Positions 27,998 to 34,044 of a DNA stretch of 34,044 bases are shown here, piece by piece. The notes beneath the pieces were generated by a model. That model saw nothing but the letters and a program-made list of their open reading frames with translations, was not told the origin of the DNA and ran no database searches. How positions within the stretch are numbered: position 1 is the stretch's first letter; each line of letters starts with the position of its first letter. Made by a program: the position numbers and the translations under genes. The stretch comes from Minisyncoccia bacterium (lineage in GTDB: Bacteria > Patescibacteriota > Minisyncoccia > Phycocordibacterales > CAIZLB01). The stretch lies in the NCBI GenBank assembly GCA_041752275.1, contig JBGSHK010000014.1, positions 1-34,044 of the forward strand, given 5' to 3'.

Positions 27998-29125
27998 CTA
28001 TTTATTCATAGGCATAACCATATAAACATAACTATTATCACCCTTAGGTCTTATAACAGTAGGTGTTGTTTTACCACTTATTTCTAAAATGATTTTTTCT
28101 GAGTTTATTTTATTTATAAAATCAGAAAGATATTTATGATTATAGTTTTGTATTATATTTTCACCTTTTTTGTATATGTTTTTTTTAGCAAAACTTTCAC
28201 CTTTTTTACTATTTTTTGAATAAAAATTTATAGAATCTTCATTTATATCTATTTTTACATAATTAAAATCATCAGAAAATATATTTGAAGCTTTTAAAGA
28301 TGATATAATATCATTAGTATCTATTTCAACTTCTATTATAAAATCTTTAGGTATAATTGATTTATAATTTGGATAAAGACCTGATATAGTTCTTACACAA
28401 AGTAAACTATCTGATGTTTTTACACAAAAAAGACCTTTATCTAAAAAAACTGATACAGTTATATTTGAATATAAAACCTTAGTTAAATCATTTAATATTT
28501 TTGCAGGTATTAAAATTTGCTTAAAATCATCTATATTTTTAATATCATCTTTATTTATTATTTTCTTTTTTTCAACAAGTCTAAAACCATCAGTTGCAAC
28601 AAAATTAAAAACTTCATCTTCGTAAGACATAAGAACACAAGAAAGTTCAGGTTTAATACTTGAAATAGCCGCTGCAAATGACACTGACTGTATACCGTCT
28701 ATTAAAATATCTGAATTTATATTTAAAGCATTATCTTTTTTATCTATATTAAAGACTTTTGTATCAGGATAAGTTGATGTTGAAAAAGTCTGTATTATTG
28801 ATTCTTGATTTTTTATAGAAATATTTAAGGTATTTTCTGAAAATTCAATTAAAACATTTTCATTTTTATCAAAAAGATTTAAATAACTAAGTAAAATATA
28901 AGGATTTATACATGTTTTGTTAAACTTTCCAACATTTTTTGTTTTAATGAAAATATCTTGAGTGTAAAATATATCTAAATTGTAAGCAGTAATTCTTAAA
29001 GTTGATTCATCTACAGTCTCGATTATTATATTTTCAAGTATAGGTTGATTTGGATTTTTACTTGTTATTTTAGATGCTTTACTGACAACATCTATAAAAA
29101 GTTCATTTATTGTCTCTATTTTCAT
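27998..29125 (-). CDS. dnaN: DNA polymerase III beta sliding clamp (start moved to 29125)
   Basis: PILENI, VATDGFRL, GLYPNYKSIIP, YVYMVMPM C-terminus; follows dnaA. Confidence 0.95.
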   Translation of the reverse strand: MKIETINELFIDVVSKASKITSKNPNQPILENIIIETVDESTLRITAYNLDIFYTQDIFIKTKNVGKFNKTCINPYILLSYLNLFDKNENVLIEFSENTLNISIKNQESIIQTFSTSTYPDTKVFNIDKKDNALNINSDILIDGIQSVSFAAAISSIKPELSCVLMSYEDEVFNFVATDGFRLVEKKKIINKDDIKNIDDFKQILIPAKILNDLTKVLYSNITVSVFLDKGLFCVKTSDSLLCVRTISGLYPNYKSIIPKDFIIEVEIDTNDIISSLKASNIFSDDFNYVKIDINEDSINFYSKNSKKGESFAKKNIYKKGENIIQNYNHKYLSDFINKINSEKIILEISGKTTPTVIRPKGDNSYVYMVMPMNK

Positions 29126-29149
29126 ATTTATTTTAATTATACACAATAA

Positions 29150-29370
29150 TACATATTATGTATGTTGATATCTTGATAAGTGTAATATGTATATATTTTA
29201 CAACCTTTTTCTGTGTTTTTTAATGTTAATAACTTTGTGGATATATGTGGATAATTATTATATTTATTGGTCTATGTTGATAAGTCTTATTTATTAACAT
29301 AAATATACAGTGCTTATACAATATTACTAACATGATACCAACATAGATATAAACAGTTTTATCCACAATA
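29150..29370. promoter_or_regulatory. Replication origin oriC (dnaA-dnaN intergenic)
   Basis: Perfect DnaA boxes at 29246-29254 and 29359-29367; one-mismatch boxes at 29236-29244 and 29275-29283; weaker boxes at 29163, 29224 and 29291; AT-rich. Confidence 0.85.
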
Positions 29371-29377
29371 TATTGTG

Positions 29378-30742
29378 TTATACCCTAAGCATTGATTTTA
29401 TTTGTTTTATTTCCTCAAATAACTCTTGATTTGAAGAAAGTTCCTGTTTTACTTTGTCATATGCATGTATAACTGTTGTATGATCTCTACCACCTAGTTT
29501 TTGACCTATATTTGATAAGGAATAATTAAAATACTCTCTTAATATATACATAAGAACCTGTCGAGGTTTAACTATCTCTTGTTTTCTGTTTTTTTCAACT
29601 ATAGATTTTTCATCTATTTTATAAAAAGAAGAAACAGCCTTCAGTATATCTTTTAATGATGTGTTTTCTGATGTTTTAACTATATTTTTTGTTAATGATT
29701 TGATTTCATCTAAGGTTAAAACCCTGTTTTTTAACTGTGATTGTATTGATATGTTGTTTATAATACCCTCTATTTCTCTTATACTACCCTCTAAACCCTC
29801 TGCTAAGTATTGTATGGTCCCATTATCAAGTTTTGTACCACTGTTTTCTAACTTTGAATTTATAATAGCTATTTTTGACTCTGTATCTATACGAGGTATA
29901 TCTATAATCATACCTTGAGAAAACCTTGATTTTAAACGACTTTCTAGGTTTTGTAGATAGTTTGGGTGTTGATCTGATGAAAAAATAATTTGTCTTTGAT
30001 TGTCATATAAAAAGTTGAATAAGTGAAATAATTCCTCCTGTGTCATTTCTTTATTTGATAAAAACTGTATATCATCCATAATTAAAAGGTCATATTTCTT
30101 ATATTTTTCCTTAAAAAGATTGGTTTTATTGTTACGTAGGGATGATATATAGTCGTTAGTAAAGCGCTCCGATGTTACATAAAAAACCTTCTTTTCAAGG
30201 ATATTTTTATAATAATTTCCTACAGCTTGCATAAGATGAGTCTTCCCTACCCCTGTACTACCATAAAAAAATAAAGGGTTATAAAAACCAGGTTTTTTAA
30301 TAATAGCTTGAGCTGAGGCGTAAGCCAATTCATTGAAAGATCCTACAACAAAAGAGTCAAATATGTATTTTGGATTTAAATTATCATTTAAATCTATATA
30401 ACTATCCTTTAAAGGTAATTCATTTTTAACAGTATCTTTCTTTATTTCGTTTTTTTCTATATGGTTTTTAATTTCCTTGTCTTTTTTAACCTCTGTTTTT
30501 GTTACTATAAATTCAACATTTTTAATATTATTGTTTTTATTTCTAAGGTTGTTGAGTATTTTTGTATAACATTTACTCTTAATCCAATCTATTGCAAAAG
30601 AGTTTTGTACTAAAATCTTTAAAACATGATCCTTATAAGAATCTACTTTTGCGTTTTTTAACCAAGAATTGAATCCTGCAGGGGTTAAATCAGGTTTAAC
30701 TTCTTCCAGTGTTTTTTTCCATATATTATTTATTTCATCCAT
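29378..30742 (-). CDS. dnaA: Chromosomal replication initiator DnaA
   Basis: LNPKYIFDSFVVG, YNPLFFYGSTGVGKTHL, DDIQFL, RLKSRF, GGRDHTTVIHA. Confidence 0.98.
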   Translation of the reverse strand: MDEINNIWKKTLEEVKPDLTPAGFNSWLKNAKVDSYKDHVLKILVQNSFAIDWIKSKCYTKILNNLRNKNNNIKNVEFIVTKTEVKKDKEIKNHIEKNEIKKDTVKNELPLKDSYIDLNDNLNPKYIFDSFVVGSFNELAYASAQAIIKKPGFYNPLFFYGSTGVGKTHLMQAVGNYYKNILEKKVFYVTSERFTNDYISSLRNNKTNLFKEKYKKYDLLIMDDIQFLSNKEMTQEELFHLFNFLYDNQRQIIFSSDQHPNYLQNLESRLKSRFSQGMIIDIPRIDTESKIAIINSKLENSGTKLDNGTIQYLAEGLEGSIREIEGIINNISIQSQLKNRVLTLDEIKSLTKNIVKTSENTSLKDILKAVSSFYKIDEKSIVEKNRKQEIVKPRQVLMYILREYFNYSLSNIGQKLGGRDHTTVIHAYDKVKQELSSNQELFEEIKQIKSMLRV

Positions 30743-30769
30743 GTGGATAAATTATACTCTTGTGGATAA
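30742..30769 (-). promoter_or_regulatory. dnaA -10 element flanked by two perfect DnaA boxes
   Basis: Minus strand TTATCCACA-AGAG-TATAAT-TTATCCAC(A)TG; boxes at 30761-30769 and 30742-30750. Confidence 0.85.
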
Positions 30770-30818
30770 CTTTTTTTACCTTGTTTTTTCTGTAAAATAA
30801 TGTATATTGTTAACTATT

Positions 30819-30962
30819 ATGTCATTTACTTATAATCCAAAGAAAAAGAAAAGAGCAACAACTCATGGTTTTTTAGCTAGATCTAAAACACATGGTGGAC
30901 GTCGTGTATTACAAGCAAGAAGAAGAAAAGGTAGAAAAAACCTTTCAACTGTTGGTTCATAA
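30819..30962 (+). CDS. rpmH: 50S ribosomal protein L34 (absent from the ORF track)
   Basis: [47 protein letters not shown]; divergent from dnaA. Confidence 0.95.
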   Translation: MSFTYNPKKKKRATTHGFLARSKTHGGRRVLQARRRKGRKNLSTVGS

Positions 30963-30980
30963 TCCTTTATCATATATAAT

Positions 30981-31271
30981 ATGAGTATGATTTACTCAGT
31001 AAAAACAATAAACCAGAAAGAAAAACCTGGTTTTTTTGTTTATTTTGTAGCAAAAAAGAAGATTTTTAAAAAAGCTGTTGTTAGAAATAAAGCCAAAAGA
31101 ATAGCTAGGCATGCTTTTTTTCAAGCTAAAAAACAAACTTTAAATACAGAAAATCCCCCACTTTTAAATAAACAGGTTATTTTTTTCTTAGAAAATGGTA
31201 TTATTCAGGAATCTTTTGAATCAATTGTTGAATTATTTAAAAATGATCTTATAAAAATAAATAAAAAATAA
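30981..31271 (+). CDS. rnpA: Ribonuclease P protein component (short, divergent)
   Basis: VAKKKIFKKAVVRNKAKRIAR matches the RNR-motif helix; conserved rpmH-rnpA-yidC position. Confidence 0.8.
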   Translation: MSMIYSVKTINQKEKPGFFVYFVAKKKIFKKAVVRNKAKRIARHAFFQAKKQTLNTENPPLLNKQVIFFLENGIIQESFESIVELFKNDLIKINKK

Positions 31272-31275
31272 AAAA

Positions 31276-32004
31276 ATGTTCCACGAAATATTCTATAAAC
31301 CTATATACAATGCTTTGATATTTATACTTGATATATTACCAAATCATAGTGTTGCTATAGCGGTTATTATATTAACTATAATAATAAAACTTATATTGTT
31401 ACCTTTGTCATATAAAATGTTTAAAACTCAGATAATACAGAGAAAAATACAACCCCTTATATCTAAACTTCAGGAAGAATACAAAGACAACAAACAGGTG
31501 TTGGGTATGAAAATGCTTGAAATGTATAAAGAACATAAACTTAACCCCTTCTCTTCTATACTATTGATGATTATTCAAATACCTATAGTTTTTGCACTAT
31601 ATTTTGTTTTTGCTAATGGTGGTTTACCTGACATAGTAAACGCAGATTTATATAGTTTTATTTCAAAAGTTAATAATATAAATCCTTTTCTTTTCGGTAT
31701 AGATTTTACAAAATCAAATTTTATTGTAGGTGTTTTAGCTGGTGTTTCTCAATATATACAAATAAGATTATCTTTACAAAATATGCCTGCAGTGTCAGAT
31801 AAACCTTTATCTGAAATGAAGCCTGAGGAAATGATGCAAAAACAAATGAGTTTTATGATGAAATATTTCATACCTATAATAATTTTCATAGCTTCATTAA
31901 ATGTATCCGCATCCGTTGCATTATATTGGATAGTCTCCTCTTTGTTTATGATTAGCCAAGAATTATATTTTAGAGGTAAACATAAAGAGGATTTTGTTAA
32001 ATAA
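31276..32004 (+). CDS. yidC: Membrane protein insertase YidC (short form)
   Basis: AVIILTIIIKLILLPL, MLEMYKEHKLNPFS, IQIPIVFALY, ALYWIVSSLFMISQE. Confidence 0.95.
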   Translation: MFHEIFYKPIYNALIFILDILPNHSVAIAVIILTIIIKLILLPLSYKMFKTQIIQRKIQPLISKLQEEYKDNKQVLGMKMLEMYKEHKLNPFSSILLMIIQIPIVFALYFVFANGGLPDIVNADLYSFISKVNNINPFLFGIDFTKSNFIVGVLAGVSQYIQIRLSLQNMPAVSDKPLSEMKPEEMMQKQMSFMMKYFIPIIIFIASLNVSASVALYWIVSSLFMISQELYFRGKHKEDFVK

Positions 32005-32011
32005 TAACCTC

Positions 32012-32059
32012 GTAATAAAAAAAACACCATCCAAGAAATGATGGTGTTTTTTTTATTAC
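32012..32059. terminator. Bidirectional intrinsic terminator
   Basis: GTAATAAAAAAAACACCATC-CAAGAAAT-GATGGTGTTTTTTTTATTAC between convergent genes. Confidence 0.9.
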
Positions 32060-32076
32060 TCGGTTTATAAGAGTTT

Positions 32077-33411
32077 CTAATCTAGGATTAGTTGGTATTT
32101 CCATAAAGTCAAAGTATTTTTATCTTGAAATAAAAGATATTTTTTATTTTTTGATGTTTGTATTTTGTACACATCTACAGGTGTCGCTATTTGATCCTGT
32201 AAAGGTATTATTAGTTCAAAAAGTCCTGTATCGGCATTTATTGACCATATGTTGTCAGAAAAAGATATATCATTTTTATACCAAGCGTCAGGATAAGGTG
32301 CTTCAGATAGTTTTTGAGGTATACCACAAAAAATTTCTTCTGAATCTTGTGACCACACACATTTATCTACTATTGTTGCTTGTGATAAATATGTTAATGA
32401 TTTTGATTTTATGTCATATATAAAAGTTTCTAGTGAATTATTTAATATTTCATTGTATATAACCTTGTTTCCATCAGGTGATACTAAGGTATTAAATCCA
32501 TATTTTTCACCTATAATATATGTGTTTCTACCACCACCGTCTGTTCTAAGGGTAAATAAATATCCCTTAAAATAAGCTGAGGGTTTTGTTGTTAATGCTA
32601 CTATGTCTTTGTTTACATATTGTGGTAAAAATTCAGATAAAGGTGTGTTTATAATGTTTGTTTTTACTACACCATCAGGACTAGATAATATTCCCCTACC
32701 TGTTCCTTTCAAAAAATAAAATATTTTTTTAAAATCTGCTGAAAAAGCTATATTTTGAGAATCTATATTTGTGTTTTTAATATCTGAAGTAAAAATATTT
32801 GTTGTTGTAGATAAATCTCTTGAAAGTTTTGTGTAGAAAGTTTCTATTGTTTCATTATCATTTTTTAAAATTCTTAATATAAGTGAAGAATTGTCTACAA
32901 AAAACACTTCCTCTGCTTCAGGTAAGGTATAGTTCGAAAACTTAGCTATATCTGTTGTAGAGGCTAAATTTTCATAAATATGACCTGTTTTACGGTCCCA
33001 TAGATATATAAATTCTTGATTTTTTAAAACTTTTTTATTTTGTATTGATTTTATTATAGATGTCGTTGAATTGTCTGTGCTTGTTGATATTATGTCTATA
33101 TCTTTACTAACAAAACCAAAACCAGAAACAGGCTCTTTCCATAGTTGTAAAAGTCTAGGCTTTGTTACACCAGTGCTTGTTGATATTTCTGGGTTTAATA
33201 TGTTGTTGTTTTCTGTGTTTGTATTAAAATCTGTTGATGTTGAAACTCTGGTTTGAAAAGGTGTTCTTTCTGGATTTGTGTTTGTTATATCACCACTGTT
33301 TGGTTGTTGTATTTTTTTTGTATTTTGATAAAAAATAACCCCAAAAAATATACCACCCAAAATGATTACGGTTGTTAATATTATTATGATTTTTTTTATA
33401 GTGTTTTGCAT
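32077..33411 (-). CDS. Membrane-anchored exported protein with TolB-like beta-propeller repeats (start moved to 33411)
   Basis: N-terminal TM IIIILTTVIILGGIFFGVIFY; repeats FSADFKKIFY, SSPDG, VSPDGNKVIY, WSQDSEEIF. Confidence 0.75.
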   Translation of the reverse strand: MQNTIKKIIIILTTVIILGGIFFGVIFYQNTKKIQQPNSGDITNTNPERTPFQTRVSTSTDFNTNTENNNILNPEISTSTGVTKPRLLQLWKEPVSGFGFVSKDIDIISTSTDNSTTSIIKSIQNKKVLKNQEFIYLWDRKTGHIYENLASTTDIAKFSNYTLPEAEEVFFVDNSSLILRILKNDNETIETFYTKLSRDLSTTTNIFTSDIKNTNIDSQNIAFSADFKKIFYFLKGTGRGILSSPDGVVKTNIINTPLSEFLPQYVNKDIVALTTKPSAYFKGYLFTLRTDGGGRNTYIIGEKYGFNTLVSPDGNKVIYNEILNNSLETFIYDIKSKSLTYLSQATIVDKCVWSQDSEEIFCGIPQKLSEAPYPDAWYKNDISFSDNIWSINADTGLFELIIPLQDQIATPVDVYKIQTSKNKKYLLFQDKNTLTLWKYQLILD

Positions 33412-33431
33412 TGTTTTTATATCTGATTTTA

Positions 33432-34043
33432 TTAAGGGTTTGATATCTGTGCTCTTTTGTTTGGTCCAAATGATATACTCCACTGCCCTCCAGGTATGTT
33501 TTTTAAGTAACTACCTCCTAAGCTTCCATTTTCATCATAAATATCAATTGTATTGTTGAAAACAACACCGTTATATATACTTGCTGTTGCATCTTCATAA
33601 AAACCAACAGATAAACCGTTTATAAATATTTCTTCACCTGTTTGAGGTTTGTATTTGGAAATAAGGTCAGGAGAAAGTGCGATTGAACCTTCTCTAAGTA
33701 AATTATTTCTATTTCCTCTTCTTTGTGCTGTGTTTGTGTCTGTTATAGAGTCTTTTGTTGCACTATAAATAGTTACAACCAGTCTACCGTCGGTTGATCT
33801 TTGTCCGTTTTTTAAACTTCTAACCCAGTTTTCAACAGTTCTTTCATCCCAACTACCTGTTCTGTTAAAAGTATCCAAAAAAGAATCAGAACTCCCACCT
33901 CCTACAAACGGCACACCCCCCGCCCCACCTTGTTGACCACCATAAAAACCTCCAACACCAACAGCTTCGTTTATTGTAGTTGAAAACCCACCTATTTGAG
34001 CCACATTGGCACTTTCAACACCTTTACCAACACCATTGTCTAT
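33432..34043 (-). CDS. C-terminal part of a protein with a 3D (MltA/RlpA-like) domain; frame is open to the window edge
   Basis: VTIYS...GSIALSPDL...GEEIFINGL...YEDAT...TIDIY fits the 3D-domain pattern; no stop upstream of GTG 34004. Confidence 0.65.
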   Translation of the reverse strand: MDNGVGKGVESANVAQIGGFSTTINEAVGVGGFYGGQQGGAGGVPFVGGGSSDSFLDTFNRTGSWDERTVENWVRSLKNGQRSTDGRLVVTIYSATKDSITDTNTAQRRGNRNNLLREGSIALSPDLISKYKPQTGEEIFINGLSVGFYEDATASIYNGVVFNNTIDIYDENGSLGGSYLKNIPGGQWSISFGPNKRAQISNP

Positions 34044-34044
34044 A

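Noticed and set aside
29126-29235. DnaA-trio array in oriC
   Set aside because: No clean trinucleotide run next to a DnaA box could be read by eye.
2815-33559. Many short ORFs overlapping longer genes (e.g. 6374..7051, 3625..3924, 24932..25432, 8347..8688, 8880..9071)
   Set aside because: They are antisense or alternate-frame shadows of well-supported genes or tmRNA, with no motifs of their own.

Overview
AT-rich bacterial chromosome segment spanning the replication origin (yidC-rnpA-rpmH / dnaA-oriC-dnaN). Gene content and style point to Patescibacteria (CPR, Parcubacteria-like; inference): mostly leaderless genes, peptidoglycan-binding-domain surface proteins and a PilB/GspE ATPase, with standard code 11. 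Housekeeping genes are recG, ftsH, smpB, tmRNA, tsaE, ruvB, ruvC, a class A PBP, dnaN, dnaA, rpmH, rnpA and yidC. Highlights: (1) an integrase-less tandem array of two single-gene cassettes at the tmRNA 3' end, each closed by a near-identical 34-bp site plus a tmRNA-end remnant and opened by a hairpin; (2) two unannotated structured RNA candidates, a 160-nt four-way RNA with a 25-bp closing stem and a ~70-nt RNA upstream of ftsH; (3) a rare tRNA-Ile(UAU); (4) gene-polar C-rich 5' and G-rich 3' ends; (5) unusual envelope proteins with an internal signal peptide, an LPXTG motif or a variant L,D-transpeptidase motif. All calls were made by eye; no searches were run.
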